NCBI RefSeq assembly: GCF_006345805.1
Contig: NC_043002.1
Span: 90,334,001 to 90,398,000 of the forward strand
From: Octopus sinensis
Lineage: Eukaryota
Direction of reading: 5' to 3'
Length of the DNA stretch: 64,000 nt
Of the stretch, positions 1-11,370 are shown one piece after another. Position numbers and translations under genes: made by a program. The notes beneath the pieces were generated by a model. The model was not told the origin of the DNA. It saw only the letters and a program-made list of their open reading frames with translations, and made no database searches. Within the stretch, counting starts at the first letter, position 1, and every line of letters begins with the position of its first letter.

Positions 1-132
1 AAAGAAAGTTTAATCGCTACCTTAATTCAAAATTTCAATATTTCCTAGAATTAACATGGATATGCATTAAAATTGAAACACTAAATTTTTCTTCTGTGTA
101 ATTTTCATATTGAAGAAGGGGAAAAAAAAAAA

Positions 133-357
133 TTCTTTTATTCTTTCTTTTATTCCTTTATTTGTTTCAGTCATTTGACTGTGGCCATGCTAGAGCACTG
201 CCTTTAGTCAAACAAATCGACCCCAGGACTTATTCTTTGTAAGCCTAGCCTAGTACTTATTCTATTGGTCTCTTTTGCTGAACTGCTAAGTTACAAGGAC
301 ATAAACACACCAACTCCGATTGTCAAGCGATGGTAGGGAGACAAACACAGACAGACA

Positions 358-409
<52 letters not shown>

Positions 410-520
410 ACGAACTTCTTTCAGCTTCCACCTACCAAATCCACTAACAAGGGTTTGGTCAGCCTGAGGCTATAGAAGAAGACACCTGCCCAAGATGTCA
501 CGCAGTGGGATTGAACCTGG
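133..520 (-). mobile_element. CORE-like tRNA-derived SINE (family A), head truncated
   Basis: Reverse complement of the family A body and tail (GTTTCAGTCATTTGACTG...GACCCCAGGACTTATTC...central (TA)n...AAATCCACT...GAAGACAC). Confidence 0.85.
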
Positions 521-643
521 AACTTTGTATAAAAATGTTTATCATCCTTAAGTTTATACATTCAGCCAGAGTATATATGTGCGCATATATTTGTATATGT
601 ATGTTTCTCTCTCTCTTTCTCTGTCTGTCTGTCTGTCTGCCTT

Positions 644-702
<59 letters not shown>

Positions 703-757
703 CATCATCATCATCATCATCATCATATATATATATATATAAGTATATGTATATATG

Positions 758-988
758 TATTTCTTTACTACCCACAAGGGGCTAAACACAGAGGGGACAA
801 ACAAGGACAGACAAATGGATTAAGTTGATTACATCGATCCCAGTGCGTAACTGGTACTTAATTTATCGACCCCGAAAGGATGAAAGGCAGAGTCGACCTC
901 GACGGAATTTGAACTCAGATCGTAACGGCAGACGAAATACGGCTACGCATTTCGCCCGGCGTGCTAACATTTCTGCCAGCTCGCCGCC
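758..988 (-). mobile_element. tRNA-derived SINE family B, full length, with Tx1-like tail (B1)
   Basis: Minus strand: GGCGGCGAGCTGGCAGAA (A-box-like), GAGTTCAAATTCC (B-box-like), ends GTTTAGCCCCTTGTGGGTAGTAAAGAAATA. Confidence 0.85.
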
Positions 989-1589
989 TTTATATATGTA
1001 TATATGTATATATGTATATATGTATATATGTGTGTCTCTCTCTCTATATATATATTTCTGCAGCTGGATGCCCTTCCTAATGCCAACCACTTTAGAATGC
1101 ATACAGGATATGTAGTTTTTTTCCCTACCATTGGCACAAGTAATTAATGAAACAGTAAAAGAACAAAAGAAATGAAAAAAACCCACATTGACTAAGTGGT
1201 GGGGGCGGGGAGAGTATTTGAGATAGAGAAGGGGTAGTGGAACTTTGCTAGTTGTTGGGAGGTTAAAGTATGGTAGAGAGACAAGCACAGGTGCCTTGCT
1301 AGAGAGGAGATACATGGCTACCCCCCTGTGCATTATATAAGGGTGGGTAGGAGTAGCCAGGAAGAAAACAAGGTCTTTTATAGTTTTTTTAAAAATTCCA
1401 TCAATTCTATTCTACTCCGCCCCAACACCTTCATTATTTGCTCTTTTGCCTATTGTTGTTGTTATTTGTTGGTCCTGTTGTTGTTGTTGTTGTTTTGGCA
1501 ATTGTTACCATAAATTTTGTTCTTTATCGCCACTGTTATTTATCATTGTATTTATCATTTTATGCATGTTATATCCATGAGTATACTCT

Positions 1590-1795
1590 TTTCTCTTTTA
1601 CTTGTTTCAGTCATTTTACTGCGGCCATGCTGGAGCACCGCCTTTAGTCGAGCAAATCGACCCCAGGACTTATTCTTTGTAAGCCCAGTACTTATTCTAT
1701 CGGTCTCTTTTGCCGAACCGCTAAGTGACGGGGACGTAAACACACACCAGCATCGGTTGTCAAGCAATGCTAGGGGAACAAACACAGACACACAA

Positions 1796-1828
<33 letters not shown>

Positions 1829-1995
1829 CATATATACGACAGGCTTCTTTCAGTTTCCGTCTACCAAATCCACTCACAAGGCATTGGTCGGCCCGAGGCT
1901 ATAGTAGAAGACACTTGCACAAGGTGCCACGCAGTGGGACTGAACCCGGAACCATGTGGTTGGTTAGCAAGCTACTTACCACACAGCCACTCCTG
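1590..1995 (-). mobile_element. SINE family A, young full-length copy
   Basis: Minus strand head GGAGTGGCTGTGTGG (A box), GGTTCAGTCCC (B box), CORE-like CCTTGTGCAAGTGTCTTCT, central microsatellite, GAAACAAGTAAAAGAG tail. Confidence 0.92.
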
Positions 1996-2042
1996 TATGG
2001 TAGCATTGATATTAATGTGATTGTTGTTGCTGGTAGTAATTA

Positions 2043-2412
2043 GGTGCAGGTGTGGCTGTGAGGTAAGATGTTTGCTTACCAGTCATATGGTACCAGGTTC
2101 AGTTTCACTGCATGGCTTGTTGGGCAAGTGTCTTTTGCAATAGCATCTGGTTAACCAAAACCTTGTGAGCGGATTTGATAGAAGAAACTGAAAGAAGCCT
2201 GTCATATGTGTGTGTGTGTCTTTGTGTCTATGTTTGTCACTCCCATCACTTGACAACTGGTGTCAGTGTGTTTATATCTCCCATAACTTAGCAGTTCAGC
2301 AAACGGGATCGATAGAATAAGCACTAGGCTTCAAAAGAAAATAAGTACTGAGGTTGATAAGTAGTTCCCCAGCTTTGCTGCAGTCTAATGACTGAAACAA
2401 AAGATAAAAGAT
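2043..2412 (+). mobile_element. SINE family A, diverged copy
   Basis: GGCTGTGAGGTAAG head, TTGGGCAAGTGTCTT core, ATGACTGAAACAA tail. Confidence 0.85.
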
Positions 2413-2879
2413 AGTATTATTGCTGTTTAGTCTTATGTCAGTTCTAAAAGAGCCAATCTATGATCAGAACTGTTCCAGCCACGACCATCCCATCTCTTTG
2501 AAAATAAAGATCAAGGATTATATTATTTAATTCTCTTTCTTTATTTAAAAAAACAGTAGTGTATGATTTCAGGAAGATTTGGCTGCTCTTTCGATCATGT
2601 TAAATGACTACTACTTAAAGATTCTCTTGTTTACCTGATGGCATTGGTTGGTGTTGGATGTAGTGGTGTTGTTATGGTGATGTTGTTGTGACTGTGTTGG
2701 TTATAATGTTACTGTGGTAGTGCACAATTTATTTTTAATGACAATATTTCATTGTGAGTGTTGTGATTATGATACACGATTTATTTTACAAAATATCTTT
2801 TTTTGTGTTTTTAGTTCCCAGCTAAATTAATCTATTTTCCTCCTAATCATCATTATTAATATTCCATCCATTTCCCCCT

Positions 2880-3230
2880 TTCTTGCTTGCATGGGTTGAA
2901 TGGTTTGGCCTTCTCTAATGCAGTGTCTTCCTAATTGTTATCTTCCTTTGCCATCTCCATTATGAAATTCAATATCCTGAGATCATCTTTCATTACTTCT
3001 AACCATGTTTTTTCTTGGTCTTCCTCTTCAATAGGTTCCTTCCACTCTGATCTCTGACACTTCCTATTCCATTTGTCATCATCAGTGCACATTACATAAT
3101 CATACCAATGCAGTGATCTCTCTTGCATTCTACATGCCAATTTTATGGTTTCATCTCATCTATGCCTTGTTGTTCATGTACACCAGCATTGCACATCCAG
3201 TGGAGCATGCTCCTTTCATTTCTTTTCTGT
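2880..3230 (-). mobile_element. RTE-clade LINE ORF2 C-terminal remnant
   Basis: ORF 2931-3140(-) RSLHWYDYVMCTDDDKWNRKC...KTWLEVMKDDLR resembles the RTE post-RT motif RRLRWYGHV...RKTW.EVVK.DL. Confidence 0.65.
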
Positions 3231-3274
3231 CTTTCTCACACCCTTTACATTCAGTACTCTTATTCTACCACTAT

Positions 3275-3410
3275 CATCATCATCGTTTAGCATCCGCTTT
3301 CCATGCTGGCATGGGTTGGACGGTGCAACTGGGGTCTGGGAAGCCAGAAGGCTGCACCAGGCCCAGTCTGATATGGCAATGTTTCTACGGCTGGATGCCC
3401 TTCCTAATGC
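3275..3410 (-). mobile_element. RTE-tailed repeat (family C) 3' part
   Basis: (CAT)n-CGTTTAGCATCCGCTTTCCATGC...GGCTGGATGCCCTTCCTAATGCC, shared with 8890-9415, 25915-26100, 28550-29105 and 45566-45810. Confidence 0.8.
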
Positions 3411-4996
3411 CATACCCTTCCTAACGCCAAAATTACCTTCAAAATTACCATGTTTCTTGAAATTCATTAACAGTACACCTGATGCACCTCACACACCCAA
3501 TTCTTCCCCCACCTTTTTTTCTTGAGACCTATTCACTGTTTATTTCCTGTGCATATTCTAAGTACTTTTTTTGATGAGTTGTGGTGCACCTGAGTACTGT
3601 ATATTATTATACAGCATCACAGTTAACAATTTACCATATATTCTGGCATGCAAATCAAATTATTCAGGCCATCATTTACAGCCATAGAATGGTAAATTGA
3701 CTTACACATGAAGTTAACTTTGGAAGACCAAAAACTTCACGTGAAACAGCAGCAAAATTTGAAAAAAAAAGTGATGATATTTGAATGTTTACACAACAGG
3801 TTTACACTGTATACTCTGTTGGCTTGTTCACCAAAATAAATGGTACTTTTTATTTGATAAGAAACTCCTTTTCTTATCAGTCGAGGCTATAGGTCCCCTA
3901 ACTTTTACAACCCTATTCTAAGTCTAGTAGTGGTGGTGGGTATTGTGAAAAAAAAAAACTCTCCTCCACTACTAATTAGCTTGCCTAGGTGACTGAAGCT
4001 ATCATCTAATTCTATGGAGCTTTCTGAGTATTGAAAGGAATTTATTTAACAACTGCACTGACTGCTAACTACTCCCATGCATCTACCACATCAAAATCGT
4101 TATTTGCTGCCAGCCTGCCTGTGATCTCAGTACATCTCATGTGCACCCATAGTTCACACTGGATACACTATGTGGAGTTCCTTCTTACTCCTTCACTAAA
4201 TATCAAACATGGTATTTCCCTGATAGCAGCAGGTTTCTGTCTTCTTTCTTACTTTCTAAAACTTTACTCTTTGCCAAGTTTATTTAGAATCAAAGCCTCT
4301 TGATTCTAGGTTTTGTTGCCTTGCCAAAACAGAATACTGTACTCTGTCACCAAATATATCTATTTATTTGTGATTTCTCAATGTATACATACTTTTATAT
4401 AAGAATGGACTTACTGGTGTATATTATTGAATGTACTTATCTTAAATTTACATTGCATGTACATACATATCTTTTCGTATTGATTTAGTTTTGTATATTG
4501 TTTCTTTGAGTTTGGTAGAATTTGTGTAGAAACTGTAGGAATGAACAAAATATTTTGTGTTAGTTTTGAGTTTAAATCTCAGCATATTTCATGTTTTACT
4601 TTATCTTCTTTTTTTATTTTCAATTGTTTCAGAGTTAATTAAATGAATGTAACTAATACATTCAGAATTAATTAATGAAACCTATTTCTTTGCTCACGTT
4701 TTAAATTGTAACATTTAAATACAAAGAAACAGAAAAGAAAAGGAAAAAGTAGGGGTGAGATTAAACTGCAGATGATGACAATGATGATGATAGGGAATTG
4801 TGTATAATAGGACAATGAGCACTGCTGTCTTAAGGTATGGGTACACCAGGCAGTTGCTTGGGGACCTTACAGGTCTAGGGGCCCAATTCTGATCTATGTA
4901 CTTTGTGGTTTGCTACCAATAGATACTGTAGAGTCCAGTGTTTTGTTTTGTCAGGGGCATATAATGCTGCTAAGCCAGCTCTGATAGTGAATGGCT

Positions 4997-5270
4997 TCAG
5001 ACTGTTGATATATGGAAGCAAGTACAATATCTCCACTCTCTCTTTCCACTTTGTTACAAGGGTATTTAGTGCTCCACCACCCACGTTGGTGGAGGTTTCA
5101 TAAGCTGACCACCACCAACACAACCACTACCATATATCAGACTGTTGATATATGGAAGCAAGTACCATATCTCCACTCTCTCTTTCCACTTTGTTACAAG
5201 GGTATTTAGTGCTCCACCACCCACATTGGTGGAGGTTTCATAAGCTGACCACCACCAACACAACCACTAC
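4997..5270. repeat. 140-bp tandem duplication followed by (CAC)n-like tract to about 5352
   Basis: TCAGACTGTTGATATATGG starts at 4997 and 5137; the copies are near identical. Confidence 0.9.
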
Positions 5271-5619
5271 CACCACTAATACCACCACCACCAACACCAC
5301 CACCACCGACACCACCACCACCACCAACACCACCACCACTGACACCACCACCATTATCATGCATGAGCTATATATTAATATAACCCAACACAAGCTATGG
5401 GTGCTGCCTTCAGAAATTTGGCTTCACTGATGAGGAAATAATGATATGATTTATAGATATAGATCAGAGAAAAGAAAGAAAGACATTAGCTGAAGGATCT
5501 CTTCCTAATGGTCAGATGAAAAAGGATAAATGGCTGAAATGCTGGATTCTTCATTCCTCATGGCAACTGAACTGATTAACCGCTTATATGAATCCCCCGC
5601 CTCTCTCTCTCTCTCCTTA

Positions 5620-6350
5620 TATTTTATTCTTTTACATGTTTTAGTCAAAAAAATTGACCCCTGGACTTACTCTTTGTAAGCCTAGTACTTATTCCATTAT
5701 GGAGATGCAATGGTTCAGTGGTTAGGGCAGCGGACTTGTGGTTGTAGGATCGCAGTTTTGATTCCCAGACCGGGCATTGTGAGTGTTTATTGAGTGAAAA
5801 CACCTAAAGCTCCACAAGGCTCCAGCAGGGGGTGGTGATGAACCCTGCTGTACTCTTTCACCACAACTTTCTTTCACTATTTCTTCCTGTTTCTGTTGTA
5901 CCTGTATTTCAAAAGGGCCAGCCTTGTCACATTCTGTGTCACGCTGAATCTCCCCAAGAACTATGTTAAGGGAACATGTGTCTGTGGAATGCTCAGCCAC
6001 TTGCACGTTAATAAATGAGCTGCGACGTTACTGGTACCAAGCTGTATGGGCCTTTGCCTTTCCCTTGCATAACATTGGTGGCGTGGAGAGGGGTGGCCAG
6101 TATGCATGGGCGACTGTTGGTCATCCATAAACAACCTTGCTCAGACTTGTGCCTCGAAGGGTAACTCTCTGGATGCAATCCCATGGTCATTCATGACCGA
6201 AAGGGGTCACAACTTATTCCATTGGTCTTTTTTGCTAAACTGCTAAGTTACAGGTATATAAACACACCAACATCAGTTGTCAAATGATGGTGGCAGGGAG
6301 ACAAAAACAAATAAAAACACATACATACATACATATATATATATATAGGT
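5620..6350 (-). mobile_element. SINE family A copy split by the 5699-6211 insertion
   Basis: Family A sequence ...CCTAGTACTTATTCCATT resumes as ACTTATTCCATTGGTCTTTTTTGCTAAAC; 12-bp TSD at 5687-5698 and 6212-6223. Confidence 0.8.
5699..6211 (+). mobile_element. Chimeric tRNA-SINE: family D 5' part plus family E 3' part
   Basis: 5701-6013 matches 29525-29910(-); 6014-6210 matches the 3' half of 62088-62420; a single TSD flanks both. Confidence 0.8.
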
Positions 6351-6351
6351 C

Positions 6352-6520
6352 TTTCAAAATGTGACCTCGTGTGTACCGTTGGCGATTTTTTTCCTCTGTC
6401 TTCCCTTCTCTGGATCTTTCCTTCTCCTATGTTTCCGATGAAGAGCTCTGCTTGAAATGTTAAACCCTCCTTTTTCCCTTCTTTCCTGAGCGTCCAATAA
6501 TACTATATTTGTTCCACATA
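6352..6520 (+). mobile_element. Penelope-like (pLTR-type) repeat carrying a hammerhead motif
   Basis: Similar to 43960-44130; contains CCGATGAAGAGC...GAAATGTT; inserted in (TA)n. Confidence 0.6.
6431..6465 (+). ncRNA. Minimal type-I hammerhead ribozyme motif
   Basis: GTTT-CCGATGA-A-GAGC-TCT-GCTT-GAAAT-GTT-AAAC; stem I GTTT/AAAC. Confidence 0.6.
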
Positions 6521-6564
6521 CATATATATATATATATATACACATATATATACACATGCATATA

Positions 6565-6787
6565 CATGAGTGGGTACTGGGCTGAAAAGTGATTGACCTT
6601 AAGGGTATCATGAAAGGCTTGATTGGAGGCATAACTGAGTTCCTTACCAGGACTTAGAAAAACTGAAGAACTGCTGCAATAAGTATGTGAATCTGAGAGG
6701 GAAATATGTTGAATAAAAATCCTAATTGACTGATCCTCATGTATTTTCTTTCATCCAAAGCCCGAAACTTCTCAGCATCCCCTCATG
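6565..6787 (+). mobile_element. Internally deleted mariner-like element
   Basis: Degenerate TIRs (ATGAG..GCTGAAAAGT / ACTTCTCAGCATCCCCTCAT); interior translates as GLRKTEELLQ.../LKNCCNKYVNLRGKYVE*, like a mariner transposase C-terminus. Confidence 0.55.
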
Positions 6788-7523
6788 AATGCATGTGTGT
6801 GTGTGTGTGTGTGTGCATGCACGCTTGTGTGTGTGTTTGCACGTCTGTTTGTGTTTGTCCCCCAGGACCATTTGACAACAAGTGTCGGTTTGTTTATGTC
6901 CTTGTAACTTAGCAATTTGACAAAAGAGACTGCTAAAACAAATGTTAGACTTTAAAAACTAAAATGTTTTTTTTTAAAGCACTGGGGTCAATTTTTTCAA
7001 CTAAATTCTTCTAGGTGATGTTCCAGCATGGTCACTGTCTAATGACTGAAGTAATAAACAAAAAAAAAACAAAAAAAAAGAAAGAAAAAAAAGACAAAAG
7101 GTTCATGATTAGAATATCTTTGATCATAAGTTTGCTTGAAAAGGACTTACCAGGAGCTAAAGAACAGCAACAACAGTAACAACTACCAAACACAATAATA
7201 TTGATAAGTTTGTATTGTTTATGCTACTCACACTTACTATGATGATAACCATCTCAACTCATGGTAGTTCTTCCAGCTCATAATACCATATTGTAGAACT
7301 AGAGAAATTACTTTGTTCCATAGAGATATTATCAAGCACATGTTGACTGATGGATATCACTTTCCGATAATAATCTATTTGGTTATTTCCTTAAATAATT
7401 AATTTGAGGTTATTGGATCTTGGAACTTTCAGGGCATAAAAAAAAAGGCATAATTGTGTTTGTGTATTTACATATGTGTGTATGTGTACTGTGTGTGTGT
7501 ATTTGTGTGTTTGTAGATATATA

Positions 7524-7558
<35 letters not shown>

Positions 7559-7776
7559 GATATGCATCAATATATAATGTGTGTACATATATATCTATAT
7601 ATATGTGTGTATATACATATATGTGTATATATATCTATATATATATATATATGTAGTAACAGTATTAATAAAATAGGAGATGGAATATATAATAGACTAG
7701 ACTACAGATAGCAAGTAATCCAAAATGTGCCGGTACTTTACTCATCATCCATTTATACGTTTTGTACAATTTCTCC

Positions 7777-7818
<42 letters not shown>

Positions 7819-8412
7819 ATATATATATTTATAAATTTTTTCATTGTTGAATTGATAAAAGGTTTTTTCTAATTTTTTGGCTAAACTGTCAAAATGACCA
7901 TTCCTAAATACAACAATATATATATATATATATACTTATATATACATATATCTATATACATATTTATATACACATAAATATATATACATCTATATGTATG
8001 TATATATAAATATATAATTTAAATAATTTGGGAAAACGAATTTCCAAATCAATCAGGTACAACCTTTCATCATACCTTGGGGGTCTTATTTATCATATAT
8101 TTATATATTTATATATTTATCTAGAAATATACAAAGCATCAAATATAAGTCTATAATACTTCAGTTTTTTTTTGATTAATAGATATGTGAGTATTCTATT
8201 TCAGATAATACAAAACAAAAAAACCTAATGAGTATATCTGAAAGTAAACTCATGGTGTCCATTTGCACAACACAAAATGATACTTAAAGGACATAACGTT
8301 TATACCAACAGGGTATATACTATACTTCCTTAATTATCTCCTACTTTAGTTAACACTTAAATTAATTAATTATATATGTATAAATATATATACATCTATA
8401 TGTATATATATG

Positions 8413-8445
<33 letters not shown>

Positions 8446-8474
8446 ATATACACATATACTTATATTATTTAATA

Positions 8475-8546
8475 AGTTTGACTCAACACCATGCAACTTA
8501 GTTTCATAGGCTGTGTAACTTAAGTTGCAAGGACCTGAGTCAAATT
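8475..8546. ncRNA. Pre-miRNA-like hairpin candidate
   Basis: TTTGACTCA/TGAGTCAAA and TGCAACTTA/TAAGTTGCA arms in register, symmetric internal loop, further pairing toward the apex. Confidence 0.35.
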
Positions 8547-8581
8547 ACTATCAAAAATATATGTGACTTCTACCAACTGTG
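8510..8581 (+). CDS. Candidate 72-nt internal exon (phase 2-2), LCNLSCKDLSQITIKNICDFYQL
   Basis: tttcatag|G...GTG|gtgagt; only one frame open; no recognisable homology. Confidence 0.25.
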
Positions 8582-8889
8582 GTGAGTCCCCCTTACTTTT
8601 ATGGTCAACTTATTTGTATATATTCATACATATGCATGTATATATATATATATTTACACATCGATATGTACAATTATATGTGCATATCTGTATCTATACA
8701 TGTGTGTGAGTGTGTGCATGTGATAGACCAGAGTGCAAGTACCTCCAAAGTGCTTTATACTAAATACAAATAGTAACCTCAATTATGTAATAAGATGCGG
8801 AGAAAAAAAATTCAATAAAATGTTATTATCATTGTAATTAGAAGAGAAAAATCTCCATGCAAGGTTGTTTACAATCTAAAAGCTACAAA

Positions 8890-9415
8890 TGAAGACCTGT
8901 GAAGACCTGTTGGGGTAAGTGAAATCGGAATCGAAATTGAACTGATCCTATGACTAGCACCCGGCAGTTGCCAGTGCCGCTGGACTGACTCCTGTGCAGG
9001 TGGCAAGTAAAGAAACACCGTTTTGACCCTGTGCTTGAGGAGACCTATTGAGTCAAGTACACCAACATCAAAAATCAATGGAAATTGTAGTTGTGATCCC
9101 TGTGCCGGTGACACGTAAAAAGCACCATCCGAACGTGGCCGATGCCAGCGCCGCCTTGACTGGCTTCCTTGCTGGTGGCACGTAAAAAGCACCAATCTGA
9201 TTGTGGCCATTGCCAGCCTTGCCTGGCACCTGTGCCGGTGGCACGTAAAAAGCACCCACTACACTCACGGATTGGTTGGTGTTAGGAAGGGCATCAAGCT
9301 GTAGAAACACTGCCAGATCAGACTGGAGCCTGGTGCAGCCTCCTGGCTTCCCAGATCCTGGTGGAACCGTTCAACCCATGCTAGCATGGAGAACGGATGT
9401 TAACTGATGATGATG
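8890..9415 (+). mobile_element. RTE-tailed SINE-like element family C, long copy
   Basis: Internal GCCAG..GGCACGTAAAAAGCACC units, GGAAGGGCATC..GCTGTAGAAAC, ends GATGTTAACTGATGATGATGA. Confidence 0.8.
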
Positions 9416-9857
9416 AAGCACTTTCAATGTCAACTAATCCAAATTTTGAGAAAAAAATTTGGTGTTAGCTGGTGCTTTCTGCTGCAGAGACCATGCCAAA
9501 GTAGAGACCAAAATTAGATGCAGTCTTTCATCTTACTAGTTTCTGTCAAGCCATCAAACCCAAGTAGGTGTGGAAGAGAGACATTAAATGATGGTGTGAT
9601 ATAAACAATAAAGAATTTTGCTCTAAAAGCGCATATGAAGGTTTCTCTCGTGGTAGCTGCCACAGTATAGTTTGTTCTAACAGAACCTCTTGGCCTTAAT
9701 ATTGCCTTTGTTGCTAGGAAATATTTTTTAAATGATGATAATGAAAGTGAAAACAGTTAGGAGTGGATCTTGTCTTTAAAGCTTATTGCTGGAAGTAATG
9801 GGCATGTTTCAGCCTTGTTAGTTGTCATAAGCTAGACTTGGAAGTAATCACTACATA

Positions 9858-9899
<42 letters not shown>

Positions 9900-10866
9900 T
9901 GTGTGTGTGTGTGTTTGTGTGCAGAGAGAGTGGATTTGGAATAATGATGTTGATAGAATTTGTGATAAAGATGTTGAATATAATATTATCAGAATATACT
10001 ATTTATCAGATGCTTGGTCAACTGTCAATAGTATTATAACTGTTAGTTTCACCATCTGTTGGTGCATTATGTAATAATATTGATTCACCCTTATACACAC
10101 ACATACATATTACATGCATGCACACACACACACAGATATGTACATGTATGTATGTGTATGTACTATGGTACATATATATGAGTGTATGGGGGTGTGTTAT
10201 ATATATATATATATATTTATATAATTCCACCATTCCTATTTCACTTAACATATAAAGACAGACAAGAAGATGTTAGCACACTGGGTATAAAATCAAATGT
10301 TACTGTCATTTTGCATTATGTCACAGTATTATAGTTGTTAGACCATTCCTACATTACACATACAGCTTCTCTTCAGTAAGTCACTGCCCAGCCCATACCG
10401 ACTTGGAAAAGCAGATGTGAAAGAAAGAACAAACGAATATATTCATGCACACACACACACACACACACACACACGTATTGTCTGTGGTTTCTCTATACGA
10501 AAAAGAAGCAAATTCTAAAACACTGGGACAGTAATATATTTTTAGAAGGTTGATTGTTATGGCAGGTCAAAGAGTGACCATTGATTTCACACCTATAAAG
10601 TGCTTAGATGTATAGGTAAGTCACCCATACAGCTAAGCACTTTGTAGTTGCAAAACCAATGATCAAACTCTGACTGGCCATAATAATTGACCTTCTAATA
10701 TATATATATATGTAATATAAATGCTGGCAGGAATACATGTGTATGTGTGTGTGTGTATGTATGTATTTATTTATGTATGTATGTATGTATGTATGTATGT
10801 ATGTATGTATGTATGTATGTATGTATGTATGTGTATGCATGCATATATATATGTATGTGTGTGTGT

Positions 10867-11114
10867 GGAGGGGCGTGGCTTAGTGGTTAAGGTGTCAGCA
10901 TCATGATTGTAAGCTTTTGGTTTTGATTCCTGGACCGGGCGACGCGTTGTGTTCTTGAGCAAAACACTTCATTTCACGTTGCTCCAATCCACTCAGCTGA
11001 CAAAAATGAGCAACACTGCGATGGACTGGCATCCCGTCCAGCTGGGGAACATATATGCCATAGAATCTGGGAAACCGGGCCCATGAGCCTGGCTAGGCTG
11101 TAAAAGGGCGCATT
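10867..11114 (+). mobile_element. tRNA-derived SINE family F (V/Nin-like central block); duplicate at 12256-12503
   Basis: TGGCTTAGTGGTTAAGG A box, GTTTTGATTCC B box, CTTGAGCAAAACACT core, CTGCGATGGACTGGCATCCCGTCCAG block. Confidence 0.75.
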
Positions 11115-11128
11115 TATATATATATGTA

Positions 11129-11370
11129 TGCGGTTTAGTGGTTAGGGTGTTGCACTCATGATTTCTAGATCGTGATTTCAATTCCTAGACTAGGTGGTGC
11201 ATTGTATTCTTGAGGAATACATTTCATCTGATGTTGGTTTGCAATCACTTTGACACCTGACGTGTGGCACACAGTGCACCTGTTCAGACAATTTCCATCA
11301 TTGATGAAGAAAGTGTGGTGTGAACATTTGATCACTATAAACAAATCATTTTGGTAGAAGCTCATACATT
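11129..11370 (+). mobile_element. tRNA-derived SINE family G; duplicate at 12518-12760, related fragment at 33965-34140
   Basis: GGTTTAGTGGTTAGGGTG head, ATTTCAATTCC B-box-like, shared CACTTTGACA..GTGCACCTGTTCAG block. Confidence 0.65.

Noticed and set aside
5425-5445. CTGATGAGGAAAT as a hammerhead core
   Set aside because: No stem II and no stem I pairing.
7238-7389. Minus-strand exon with a strong ATA|GTAAGT donor
   Set aside because: No convincing pyrimidine tract at either possible acceptor; the frame from the outer acceptor hits a stop.
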